From Phycisphaerae bacterium (lineage in GTDB: Bacteria; Planctomycetota; Phycisphaerae; SM23-33): 64,000 nt of DNA. Location of the stretch: the NCBI GenBank assembly GCA_041687095.1, contig JAWLCQ010000004.1, positions 19,194 through 83,193 of the forward strand, given 5' to 3'. Shown piece after piece: positions 37,372 to 46,832 of the stretch (position 1 is its first letter; each line of letters opens with the position of its first letter). A program made the translations under genes and the position numbers. Below the pieces are notes generated by a model. It saw nothing but the letters and a program-made list of their open reading frames with translations, did not search any database and was not told the origin of the DNA.

Positions 37372-40300
37372 TCACTCTCCTCTCGCGTCGGGGTCGGTCT
37401 CGACGGTGTCGGCGAGGCGGCGGTAGTAGTCATCGATGGCGCGGCGGTACTGTTCGGGGGGATCGGCGGAACGGCCCTGTTTGAGCCCGTCGCGGAGGCG
37501 GGAGACAAAGAGGTTCCACTTCTTTCGCCGCGCCTCGACGAGGGTCTTCTCCCAGGTCTGCAGCTCGACGCGTTTCCAGGCGTCGAGCTTGTTGCGGATG
37601 GACTGGGCAAGGTTCTGGGCGTTCTGCCCGGTCTGCTGAGCGAGGGCGGAGGCGGCGGCCATGGCGGACCCGGCCCCGCTGCCCGCGCCCGATCCCCCGC
37701 CCATCCCCCCGCCCTCTCCCGGGTTGTTCGGCATCCAGTCCTGCATGACCTGGATGTTCAGCCGCACGCCCGCCAGGCCCAGCAGTTCGGCCGCGTCGCG
37801 CTCGTGCTGGAGCATCCGCAGGATGGCCTCCAGGTCCGGGGCGATGGGCGGCTGCGCCCCGCGCATCCGTTCCTCCAGGAGCGTCAGCAGGTCGTCGAAG
37901 ATCTGCTCCGCCAGGGCGAAGGCGTCGACGGTGGATTGCTGGATGCGGTGGGCGTCGTCGAGCTTGCCCTCGTGCAGGGCAGAGGCGGTCTCGGAGTGCA
38001 GCTTGGCGATGTCCTCCTTGACGAGGCGTTGGAGGTCGTCGGCCTTGGTGGGGATGGGGGGGTCGGCGTCGGCGAGGTTATAGGCGACGTCGAGGAGCTT
38101 CCAGGCGAGGACGGCGGTGTCCTCCTCGAGGAGGATCAATTGGGCGGTGGCGATGGCGGCGAAGTCCTCGGTCTCGAGGGCCTGGAGGCGGGCGACGAGG
38201 GCTTCCTGCTCGCGGAGCATGCGGAGGGTCTCGCGGACGCGGCGGTCGGCGTAGATGGCGACCTCTCCGTCGTTGGGATCGGAGAAGGCGACGGTGTCGG
38301 CGGCGGTCCCCAGGAGGCGCATCTCCTCCAGGAGCTTCTCCGACAGCTCCAGGGCCTTGTTGGGGTCCGCGGGGAGCGTGGCGGCGAGTTCGCCGGCGTG
38401 CTGGGCGACGCTCTTGGCGAGGGCGGCCATGGCGTCGGTGGGCTCGATGGCGAGCGTCGACTGCCGGGGTCGCCAGACCACCGCGTTGTCGTACAACTGG
38501 CTCGCCGCCTGGGCGAGCTGCGCCTGCTCGGTGGCGATGTCCCGGGCGTGCTTGTCGAGGAGGGGCTTGCGTTTCTCGGGCGTGTCGGCCGACTGCCAGG
38601 CGGCGGTGTCGGCGAGCAGGGCCTGCTGGCGGCGGGCGAGGAGCGTGAGCTGGTCGCGGAGGGTGTCGGCGGACTGGCGCTGCATCGCCATGAACCGCCG
38701 CATGAGTTCCGGGTCCTCCGCGAGCAGCCGGGCGAGTTCCTCCATGAGTCTCCGCAGGTCCTCGTAGTACTTCTGGACGGCCTTGGCGAACTCGTCGTCG
38801 ACCTCGACCATCTTCCCGGTCCGCGGGTTGATGCGGTTCCGCTGCGCCTGGAGGAAGGCGTTCATGTCCTCGACGAGGATGCGGTGCATCTTCGCGATGT
38901 GTTCGAGATCGTCGGCGCGCTTCTCCTCGTTGGCGATCCGCTCATAGGCCTTGGTGAGTTCGACGAGTTTGGAGCGGGCGCGGCGGATGTGGAACAGCGC
39001 CTGCGTGAGGGGCTCGGCCATCTCGGCGGGGCTCTTGGTGAGCTTGCCCGCCGCGTCGAGGTTCTCGGCGGCGGGGACGACGTCGGAGATCCCGATGTCC
39101 TCCAGTTGCAGGGAGATCATGGCGTAGGGCGTGTTGGCCGCCTTGTGCTTGAGTTCCTCGATGAGCTTGGCGGCGGATTGGAGGCGCTTTCGGCCGCCCT
39201 TGAGCAGCGTGCCCTGCTCGGCGGTCCACTTGGGGAGGGACGGGACCGCGGTGTGCAGGGCGGTGGTCGCCTCCTCGGCGGCGGCGAGTTCGGTATCGAG
39301 GGCCTTGAGGTAGCGGGCGATGTCCAGGCGGAGCTTCTCGCGCTTCTGGGCGTCGTTGTGCTGGGCCCACTCGTCGATCTGGATGCGGTGCTTGGGCGAC
39401 TCCGCGCGCGGGGGCTTCCCCCCGGGCAGCGATCGCATCTGCATGTCGTTGGGCGGGGGCGAGTTCTCCGGGGCCTGGGGGTCCTGGGGATCCCGCTCGC
39501 CCCCCGAGGTCTGCGAATCCCGCGAGTTCGGATCGGTGCTGCTGGAGTTCGGGTCCTGCTCCCCGCCCGGGGGGCAACTGCTCCCGCCCGAGTTGGGATC
39601 GGAGGGACTGCTCGATTGCGATCCGCTGCTGCCCGAGTTGGGGTCGGACGGGCTGCTCGACTGCCCCCCGCTGCTGGAGTTCGGGTCCTGCGGGTTGCCC
39701 GACTGGCTGTTACCCGAGTTCGGGTCGGAAGGACTGCCGGACTGCCCGCTACGGGAGTTGGGGTCCGACGGGCTGCCCGATTGACCACTGCGCGAGTTCG
39801 GGTCAGAGGGACTGCCCGATTGGCCGCTACGGGAGTTGGGGTCCTGCGGGTTCCCGGGCTGCCCCCCCTGGGAGTTCGCGTCCTGCGGATCGCCCGACGC
39901 GTTCGATTGGCCGGAAGGGGACAGCTGCGGGTTCCCGTTCTGCCCCGACTGGGAGCCCTGATTCCCGACTGCGTTGGGGTCCTGCGGACCGCCCTGGTTG
40001 GGGTTCTGCTGCGTCAGGTCGGTGGGGTCCTGCGGGTCACCCTGCGTGCCCCCGCGCGTGTCGCCCTGGGTGGACTGGACGGCGTCGCGGGCGCGGAGGA
40101 CGTACTCCACGCGGTCCCCATGCTTCACCTGCAGCGCCTGCAGGTCCAGGTTGACCGCCCCCGCCATCTGCAGGGGCGGGGGCAGATTGGGGTCGGGGTC
40201 GAGGGACTTGAGGAAGGTCCGGGGCTGCTCTCCCTCGCGGGAGATGGTGACGGCGAGTTCGAGCCCGAGGATCCCGAAGTCGTCCTGCGCCTCGTAATGG

Positions 40301-41556
40301 ACGGCGATGGTATCGTCGGGGGGGGCGAGGATGTCGGAGTCGGGGCTGCGGATCCAGACGCGGGGTTCGCGGTCGGGGTAGACGGTGATGCGGCAGACGG
40401 GGGGGGCGAGGTTCTTGAGCCCCCCCTGCCCCACCGCCTCGACGCGGAACTGCAGCGTCTCGCGGAGTTCAGACGTATGGCTGAACCACCCGTCGCCCGC
40501 GGGGGTCAGATCGATGGTCCCGGCGGACCCGGTGTCGATCTGGATCCGCTCCACCGCCGTCGCCGCCCGGCAGCGCAGTTCCATCGTGCTGCCCTCCAGG
40601 GCGCGGAGCGTGCGGGGGAGCGTGTCGTACTCCTGCGCGGGGATCTGGCTGTAGTCGGGGGCGGTGACGCGGAGGCGGACCTCGCCCAGCTCGGGGCGGG
40701 GCACGACCGTCACCCGGTGCCAGGGCGTCTGCCCGTCGCCCGCGCGGAAGCGGTACTCGAAGGACTCGCTGACGGCGCGGAAGGCGTAGGAGAAGTCCGC
40801 CCCCCCGCTCCCCTGGCGGGGCAGGTCGATGGCGTGCTCCTCCCCGTCGGCGGTGCGGAGCATGAGGATCGCCGTCTCGCGGGGGGCCCCGGAGAGGGCG
40901 GCCTCCAGGCGGAGCGGTTCGTGGCGGGCGACGGCGGGCGAGCCCGTCAGCGAGCGGATCTGCGTGAGGGTGATGTCCGCGGAGGGATGCAGGAAGCGTT
41001 GCAGCAGCACCCGCGCGCGGTGCGAGCCGGCCACGCTGACCGCCAGGATCAGCGCAGGGACCGCGAGGCACAGGGCGGCGCGGCGGAGCGGGCGGGTGCT
41101 CACCACGCGGTTGGGATGCACGAGGCCGCGGAGGCGGTCCGCCTCCTGCGAGACGCGCTGCAGCAGCGCGGGGTCCCCGCGGAACGCGGGGGCGTCGCGG
41201 CTGGCGGCGAGTTCGGTGACGGTGGACCAGCGCTCCTCGAGTTGGGGAACGGCGAGGTCGATCTCGAGCGCCACCTGCGCCATCCGCCACCGCAGCAGCC
41301 CCACGCGGACGAGCCCGGCGAGGGCGGCGAGGGCGGAGGCGGCGAGGGCGGCGTACGTGAGCCCCGCCCGCCAGGCGGGACTGAAGAGCGTCAGCAGCCC
41401 GTCGAGGCACATGGCCAGGAGCATGGCCGCCAGCAGCGCCCCCGCCCCCCACAGGACCGCGCGGACGAGCGCCACCCCCAGCTCCCGCCGCCGCACTGCG
41501 CGGACGGTGGACTGGAGGCTGGAGGGCACGGAAATCGGTTGGGCACTCTGCGTCAT
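37372..41556 (-). CDS. large membrane-anchored protein (~1394 aa) with N-terminal TM helices, a central Ser/Gly/Pro/Asp/Asn/Gln low-complexity repeat region and a long C-terminal alpha-helical/coiled-coil region; member of the MoxR-BatA operon
   Basis: ORF 37372..41679. Start at MTQSAQPISV (ATG 41556). Hydrophobic helices LGVALVRAVLWGAGALLAAMLLAMCL and LCLAVPALILAVSVAG. Immediately downstream of the VWA gene on the same strand. Confidence 0.7.
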   Translation of the reverse strand: MTQSAQPISVPSSLQSTVRAVRRRELGVALVRAVLWGAGALLAAMLLAMCLDGLLTLFSPAWRAGLTYAALAASALAALAGLVRVGLLRWRMAQVALEIDLAVPQLEERWSTVTELAASRDAPAFRGDPALLQRVSQEADRLRGLVHPNRVVSTRPLRRAALCLAVPALILAVSVAGSHRARVLLQRFLHPSADITLTQIRSLTGSPAVARHEPLRLEAALSGAPRETAILMLRTADGEEHAIDLPRQGSGGADFSYAFRAVSESFEYRFRAGDGQTPWHRVTVVPRPELGEVRLRVTAPDYSQIPAQEYDTLPRTLRALEGSTMELRCRAATAVERIQIDTGSAGTIDLTPAGDGWFSHTSELRETLQFRVEAVGQGGLKNLAPPVCRITVYPDREPRVWIRSPDSDILAPPDDTIAVHYEAQDDFGILGLELAVTISREGEQPRTFLKSLDPDPNLPPPLQMAGAVNLDLQALQVKHGDRVEYVLRARDAVQSTQGDTRGGTQGDPQDPTDLTQQNPNQGGPQDPNAVGNQGSQSGQNGNPQLSPSGQSNASGDPQDANSQGGQPGNPQDPNSRSGQSGSPSDPNSRSGQSGSPSDPNSRSGQSGSPSDPNSGNSQSGNPQDPNSSSGGQSSSPSDPNSGSSGSQSSSPSDPNSGGSSCPPGGEQDPNSSSTDPNSRDSQTSGGERDPQDPQAPENSPPPNDMQMRSLPGGKPPRAESPKHRIQIDEWAQHNDAQKREKLRLDIARYLKALDTELAAAEEATTALHTAVPSLPKWTAEQGTLLKGGRKRLQSAAKLIEELKHKAANTPYAMISLQLEDIGISDVVPAAENLDAAGKLTKSPAEMAEPLTQALFHIRRARSKLVELTKAYERIANEEKRADDLEHIAKMHRILVEDMNAFLQAQRNRINPRTGKMVEVDDEFAKAVQKYYEDLRRLMEELARLLAEDPELMRRFMAMQRQSADTLRDQLTLLARRQQALLADTAAWQSADTPEKRKPLLDKHARDIATEQAQLAQAASQLYDNAVVWRPRQSTLAIEPTDAMAALAKSVAQHAGELAATLPADPNKALELSEKLLEEMRLLGTAADTVAFSDPNDGEVAIYADRRVRETLRMLREQEALVARLQALETEDFAAIATAQLILLEEDTAVLAWKLLDVAYNLADADPPIPTKADDLQRLVKEDIAKLHSETASALHEGKLDDAHRIQQSTVDAFALAEQIFDDLLTLLEERMRGAQPPIAPDLEAILRMLQHERDAAELLGLAGVRLNIQVMQDWMPNNPGEGGGMGGGSGAGSGAGSAMAAASALAQQTGQNAQNLAQSIRNKLDAWKRVELQTWEKTLVEARRKKWNLFVSRLRDGLKQGRSADPPEQYRRAIDDYYRRLADTVETDPDARGE
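39500..39900 (-). repeat. coding low-complexity repeat region (13-aa SDPNSRSGQSGSP unit x3 plus degenerate copies; roughly 39-bp periodicity)
   Basis: The protein reads ...PQDPNSRSGQSGSPSDPNSRSGQSGSPSDPNSRSGQSGSPSDPNSGNSQSGNPQDPNSSSGGQSSSPSDPNS.... Codon usage differs between copies, so the DNA repeats are imperfect. Confidence 0.6.
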
Positions 41557-41589
41557 GGTTCCACCCCTTCTCTCACGCCATCCCCGCTG

Positions 41590-41720
41590 ATCGTGGCATG
41601 GGCGTCTCGCCCATGTGTCCCACGGGCATCCTGCCCGTGGGGCGGGGACCCGAGCAGGGGCGGGACGCCCCTGCGACACACGGGCAAGATGCCCGTGCCA
41701 CGGAAAGCCATGTGTTCCTT
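41590..41720. repeat. REP-like array of GC-rich hairpins between the VWA gene and the 1394-aa gene
   Basis: Palindromes CATGGGCG-tctc-GCCCATG; CCCACGGGCA-tcc-TGCCCGTGGG; CACGGGCA-aga-TGCCCGTG. Shares cacgggcaagatgccc with the 17470 locus. Confidence 0.4.
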
Positions 41721-41727
41721 CATGTCT

Positions 41728-44565
41728 CTACGCCATCCCCGCGATCTTGCGGGTGGTCCACTCCACGGTGACCAGGCCCGCGAAGAGCGCCAGGTAGATC
41801 CAACGGTTCCAGATCGGCCGACGCTTGTGGAGCGTGTACGTCCGCGGTTCGAGGTCGAGCTGCTCGAGGACCGTTTCGAGGGCGGTCGGGGGCAGGACGG
41901 ACCCGCGGGTGGCGGCGGCGATCTCGGTGAGCAGCGGCAGGTTGCAGCGGACGTTCCGCAGCTCCATCTCCCCGGGGGGCTCGACGGTGACGACGGTGAG
42001 GATGGGCTCGGTCCAGCCCTCCTGCTGGAGAAGGGCGTCGACCTGCGCCCCGCCCGCTCGCAGGGTGACGGGTCCGGTGGGCAGGTCGCGGAAGGTGGCG
42101 GTGTAGACGCCCGGGCGCTGGGGGTCCTCGATGGCCTCGGCGGTGGCGACGAGGGTGGGGCCCTGCGTCGCCTCGACGGGGACGGAGGCGTTCTTCACGG
42201 GCAAACCGTTGAGGTATCGCAGCGTGAGGCGGGCGACGACGTCCTCCCCGCGGGCGTAGCGGCGGGCGTCGGTGGCGATGCGGAGGGTCTTGCTGCCCCC
42301 GCTGCGGTCGCGGGAGACGGCCCAGCGGAGGAGCTGGCCCCAGAAGCGGTGGTGGTGCGCATCGCCCTCGCGGAAGCGCAGGGCGTAGGTGACGGGGGCG
42401 GCGATGTGCACGACGCGCCCGGTGCCATAGTTCTGCCAGCACAAAAACGCCCGCTCGTCGGAGGGGCTCTGGACCTGCGAGGGCGAGGCGCCCTGCTGCA
42501 GCGCCCCGCGGGGGACCGCGCGCATCCACGTCGTCGCCGTCGCCCTCGCCTTCGACCACGGGCTGAGCCACTGCACCGGCATGCGATCCGTCGCCTCCCG
42601 CCACACCCGCTCGTCCCCCGCCATCGTCTCCGTCAGCCGCATCTCCTCCACCAGCCGTCCCTCGGGCGTGAGCTGCAGGGCGTACCCGTTTCGCATCGCA
42701 GGGACGGGCCCGCCCGGGACCACGGGAAGCATCTTCTCCAGGACGGTCCCGGCGTAGGCGTGGGGCATGGCGGAGGGCCCGGCGAGGACGATCAGCGTCC
42801 CGCCGCGCCGTGCGACGAACTCCTCGATCATCCGCAGTTGCGCGTCGGGCAGGTACACGCGGTCAATGTCGCCCAGGATGACCGCGCGGTACTTGGACCA
42901 CGTGTCCGCGTCGCCCGGGAAGCCCAGGCCCTCGGCGGGCGTATTCGTTCTGGGGTTGCGGGGCTCGATGAGCAGGCGGTCGAACTCCACCCGCTTGTCG
43001 CGGTCGAAGAGGTTCCGCAGGAAGCGGTACTCCCAGCGGGGGAACTCGTCGGCGAGGAGGATGCGGATGGTCTCCTCGACCACCTGCGTCTCGGTCTGCC
43101 CGCGGTTGTTGACGTTGGTGTGCTCCTTGTCGAGGGGCAGGGCGCGGACCTCGTACTTCCGCGTCCCGGCCGGGCCCGACTCACGGTCGAACGTGATGCG
43201 GGTCGCGAACGCCTCCCCGCGGACCTGCACGTCCCGGGCGTCCACGACCTTCTCGTCCTCGAGCAGCTCGACCGTCACGACCTCCTCGGGGCACCCGTGC
43301 ACGTCGAGCGTCGCCTCGACGACGACCTTGTCCTTCTGCAGCACCGTCCGCGGGGCGTCCACGTGGTGGAGGATCACGTCCCGCGGAATCTCCGTGTTCC
43401 CGATGGGCACGATGAACACCGGGACGCCCAGGAGCTGCCCCGCGTCGGCCAGCGGGTCGCCCGGGGCGTTGTGCGCCCCGTCGCTGAGGATCACCACCGC
43501 CTGCAGCCCGCCCCCCGCCGCGTCCCGCCCCGCCTGCCGCAACACGCACGACAGGCTCGTCGTCATCGAGGGCGAGGAGATCTCCGGCGGGCCCGTCCCC
43601 ACCAGCCGCCCCGCCGTCACCGACCGCGCCCGCGCGTCGAACTCATACCGCAGCACCCGCGCCCGGGACTCGATGCGATGCATCGCCCCGTTCTCCACCC
43701 GCCGCAGCAGCCCCGTCACCCGCGCCTTGCGCGACGCGCCCCCGCTGCCGCTGGAGACGGCGGCGACGGCCTCCGCCTCCGCCAACCGTTCCGCCAAACG
43801 TCCCCCGCGACGGATCAACTCATCCAGCAGCATCTGCAGACCCGCCAGGCGGGTCTGGCGGTCGGGATGGAACCGCTCGGCCTCCCCCGCGAGGTCCGCC
43901 AGGACCTCCTCGCATCGCGGGATCGCCTGCGTCCGCAGGTCCTCCCCCAACCGCCCCAGTTCCTTCGCATCCTCGGGATACCGCGCGGACAGGGCCTTCT
44001 CGGATCTCTCCACAAGCTCCACCGCCGCCCGCAGCGCGCTCCGCACGCACTCCCCCGTCCGCCGCTGCCGGTCCCCCACCGTCTGCGCCTCCCCGGGTCG
44101 CTGACTTCCCGCCAGCGCCTCGCAGTGCCTTCTCGCCATCGCCATCGACGCGACGGCCGCGTCGGCGCTGGCGAGCCCCTCATCGCCCGCCCCGCCCCTG
44201 TCGCATGCCTCCCACCGCCGCCCCCCCGCACAGCGCACCGGGGGGTCCACCAGGTCCATGCTCGCACTGGCGTCGGAGAAGAGGGCCACGGACTTCTGTT
44301 CGGTCCGCTCGATCGTCCGCTGCGCATGCGGCGCCGCCAGCAGCCACACCACCACCGCCACCGCCCCCAGCCGCAACGGGAGGACCAGCAGCCCGATCCG
44401 CTTGCCCGACCGCCTCGCCTCCCACACCGCCAGCCCCACCACCGCCCCCCCCAGCACCAGCCCCAGGACGATCAGCCACCCCAGGGGGATCGGGCCGGTG
44501 AAGACCAGTTGCTCCGATGGGTCCAGTTCGGTCGTCAGTCCCAGCAGTCCGCCTCGCCACATCAC
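41728..44565 (-). CDS. von Willebrand factor A (VWA) domain membrane protein (BatB-like), with a coiled-coil insertion and a C-terminal TM helix
   Basis: N-terminal TM helices, then a MIDAS-like VALFSDASASMD motif and later AVVILSDGAHNAPGD. Its ATG overlaps the upstream gene stop (ATGA). Confidence 0.75.
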   Translation of the reverse strand: MMWRGGLLGLTTELDPSEQLVFTGPIPLGWLIVLGLVLGGAVVGLAVWEARRSGKRIGLLVLPLRLGAVAVVVWLLAAPHAQRTIERTEQKSVALFSDASASMDLVDPPVRCAGGRRWEACDRGGAGDEGLASADAAVASMAMARRHCEALAGSQRPGEAQTVGDRQRRTGECVRSALRAAVELVERSEKALSARYPEDAKELGRLGEDLRTQAIPRCEEVLADLAGEAERFHPDRQTRLAGLQMLLDELIRRGGRLAERLAEAEAVAAVSSGSGGASRKARVTGLLRRVENGAMHRIESRARVLRYEFDARARSVTAGRLVGTGPPEISSPSMTTSLSCVLRQAGRDAAGGGLQAVVILSDGAHNAPGDPLADAGQLLGVPVFIVPIGNTEIPRDVILHHVDAPRTVLQKDKVVVEATLDVHGCPEEVVTVELLEDEKVVDARDVQVRGEAFATRITFDRESGPAGTRKYEVRALPLDKEHTNVNNRGQTETQVVEETIRILLADEFPRWEYRFLRNLFDRDKRVEFDRLLIEPRNPRTNTPAEGLGFPGDADTWSKYRAVILGDIDRVYLPDAQLRMIEEFVARRGGTLIVLAGPSAMPHAYAGTVLEKMLPVVPGGPVPAMRNGYALQLTPEGRLVEEMRLTETMAGDERVWREATDRMPVQWLSPWSKARATATTWMRAVPRGALQQGASPSQVQSPSDERAFLCWQNYGTGRVVHIAAPVTYALRFREGDAHHHRFWGQLLRWAVSRDRSGGSKTLRIATDARRYARGEDVVARLTLRYLNGLPVKNASVPVEATQGPTLVATAEAIEDPQRPGVYTATFRDLPTGPVTLRAGGAQVDALLQQEGWTEPILTVVTVEPPGEMELRNVRCNLPLLTEIAAATRGSVLPPTALETVLEQLDLEPRTYTLHKRRPIWNRWIYLALFAGLVTVEWTTRKIAGMA

Positions 44566-46832
44566 GCCAACTCCTTCCCCATCCCGCCCAGGGGCACTTC
44601 ATCCCCGAGCGTGAGCCCCGCGGGCTGGTCGAACCGCCGCCGCGTCAGGCGGGCAGCGAGGAGGGACTCGATCGCCATCATCCCCAGCACCGCCGCCAGC
44701 AACACCCCCCACGCCGGTTCCAGCCGCGCCACCGCCACCCCCGTCGCCCGCAGCGCCAGCGGATCGGCCCCCACCGACAGGCCCGCCTTCGCCAGGCACG
44801 GCAGGTCCTCGTCCGCCAGGTCCGTCAGCACCGACTCGCCCGTGTCCCTCCGCACGTGGAACGTCACCGTGCGGTCGGGCTCACCGGTAGTGCGGATGGT
44901 GGCGAGGTACGCCCCCGGGCACCCCGCCGCCGGGAGCGAGTACACCGACCGCCCCCCGCGATCCAGCACCACCAGGTCCACCTCCGACTCCAGCGGGGTG
45001 CGGACGCGGACGGACCGCGCGGCATTCGCCGCCGGCAGCGCCAGGCGGATCGGCTGGCCGGGATCGAGGTTCCAGCGGGTCATGGACGGGGAGGACAGGT
45101 GCCACAGCCACTCCAGCGCCCCCACGACGAACGCCTCGCACGCGGGAAGGTTGCTCCAGCGAACGTCGAGCCCCACCGCCTGGGCGATCACCCGCCCGTC
45201 CCCGAACGCCGCCTCCAGGGCGAAGGGCTCCCCGTCGGTCGTCCGCAGGAGGACGGGGACGGAGTCGGAGCCCGTGAGGGCGGTCTCGAAGCGGTGGCGG
45301 CGGTACACGCGGATGCGGTTGAGGTCCACGCGCTTGGTGTCACTCAGGACCGCCATCGCCGGGTGCGCCTCGGCGGGCGGGAGGACGGGGAAGGCGCGCT
45401 CGCGGTCCCGCTCGTCCCCCACGGGATCGGCGAGCGGGAGCGGGAGCAGCCCCTTGCCCTTGGCGTACAGGGCCCGGTTCACCCAGCGCTCGTCCGTGCG
45501 GTCCCCGAAGGCGATCCACAGCCCCCCGCCCCCCGCCACGTACTGCTCGATCCGCCCCACCGCCTCGTCGCTCAGCGGGGACGTGTTGGCGAGGACGATG
45601 CAGTGGACGGCGTCGAGGGGCTCGCGCTCCAGCGCGTCCGCCCGCACGACGCGCGGAACGAACACCGACCGCCACCGCGCCCGCTCGGCCGCCGCGTCCT
45701 CGTCCCCGCTCCCGTACCCCAGCACGGTCAGCAGGTACTCGGTATCCGTACGGCCGGGATCGGGATCGTCGGAGTCGCAGACGATGAGCACGTCGAGGGA
45801 CTCGGCGACCTCGACGGTGCGGTGGGCGACGTTGTCCCCGGGCAGCGCGTCATCCCGCCCGATCCGGCAGGTGACCTCGTAGACCCCGGGGGCGTCGAAG
45901 GCGTACTCGATGTGCGAGGCGGCGGTCTGGTTGGGGTCCAGCTTGTCCACCTCTGTGCTGCCCACGGGCTGCCCGGCGATGAACCAGTGCAGCGGAGCGC
46001 CCGGGGAGGGCACGAGGGCGGTGTTCTTGACCCGCGCCGTCAGCCGCACCGCCGCGGCGGGCGGGACGACCTCGCGCGTGCTGTCGAGGCTCTCCAGCGA
46101 GAGGTTCCCCCCCGCGCCCTCGCCCCCGCAGAGGACCACGTTGACCGTCGGGGCGTTGGCGGATCGGGCGAGCTTGTCCCGGAGGGACGACCACGCCCCC
46201 TGCGCGTCGAGGTGCCAGTTCCCCCGCTGCGCATCGGTAAGGACCGCGACGATGCGGGCGGCGTCCTCGCTTGCGGGCGGGGCGTCGAGGGCCTCGTGCA
46301 GGCAGCGGAGCAGGTCCGTCCCCGCCGTCGTGGACTTCAGCGTCCCCAGCTCCCCGCGGAGGGCGAGCCTGGAGGCGGCGTTGATCTCGATGGGCTCGGA
46401 GGCGATCCACTCCGGGAGCGTCGACGCCAGCAGCACCCGCAGCGTGTCGCCCTCGCGGAGGGAGGCGACGAGTTCGTCGGCGGTGCGGATCATGCGGTCG
46501 AACCGCGTCTCGTGCCCGGAGGTGCGGGAGGTCGAGAGCGTGGTGTCCAGGATGAGGATGACGTCGCGCTTGCTGCTGGTCCCGATCCAGTCGCCCCGCA
46601 GCAGGGGCATGGCAAGGGCGGTCACGACGGCCGCCACCGCCGCCGCCCGCAGCAGCATGAGCAGCCAGTCCTCCAGCGACCACAGCCGTCGGCGACGGGG
46701 CATGGCCTCGCGGAGGAAGCGCGTCGCCCCCCAGTGGATCACCCGCCGCCTCCGCCGCGACAGCAGGTGCAGGATCACCGGGATCCCCGCCAGCGGCAGG
46801 GCCCACAGAAAGATGCTCGCCAGGAAACTCAT
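44562..46832 (-). CDS. BatA-like protein with N-terminal double-transmembrane domain (LHLLSRRRRR motif) and VWA-like region
   Basis: Start at MSFLASIFLWALPLAGIPVILHLLSRRRRRV (ATG 46832), which overlaps the DUF58 stop as ATGA. The track ORF 44562..47105 extends further upstream. Confidence 0.75.
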   Translation of the reverse strand: MSFLASIFLWALPLAGIPVILHLLSRRRRRVIHWGATRFLREAMPRRRRLWSLEDWLLMLLRAAAVAAVVTALAMPLLRGDWIGTSSKRDVILILDTTLSTSRTSGHETRFDRMIRTADELVASLREGDTLRVLLASTLPEWIASEPIEINAASRLALRGELGTLKSTTAGTDLLRCLHEALDAPPASEDAARIVAVLTDAQRGNWHLDAQGAWSSLRDKLARSANAPTVNVVLCGGEGAGGNLSLESLDSTREVVPPAAAVRLTARVKNTALVPSPGAPLHWFIAGQPVGSTEVDKLDPNQTAASHIEYAFDAPGVYEVTCRIGRDDALPGDNVAHRTVEVAESLDVLIVCDSDDPDPGRTDTEYLLTVLGYGSGDEDAAAERARWRSVFVPRVVRADALEREPLDAVHCIVLANTSPLSDEAVGRIEQYVAGGGGLWIAFGDRTDERWVNRALYAKGKGLLPLPLADPVGDERDRERAFPVLPPAEAHPAMAVLSDTKRVDLNRIRVYRRHRFETALTGSDSVPVLLRTTDGEPFALEAAFGDGRVIAQAVGLDVRWSNLPACEAFVVGALEWLWHLSSPSMTRWNLDPGQPIRLALPAANAARSVRVRTPLESEVDLVVLDRGGRSVYSLPAAGCPGAYLATIRTTGEPDRTVTFHVRRDTGESVLTDLADEDLPCLAKAGLSVGADPLALRATGVAVARLEPAWGVLLAAVLGMMAIESLLAARLTRRRFDQPAGLTLGDEVPLGGMGKELA

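Noticed and set aside
35782-45882. 3366-aa plus-strand ORF spanning 10 kb
   Set aside because: Its translation is Arg/Gly/Pro-rich low-complexity sequence with no motifs. It is antisense to five minus-strand genes with clear family signatures (MoxR-operon proteins, prenyltransferase-like). This is the typical GC-rich antisense open frame.
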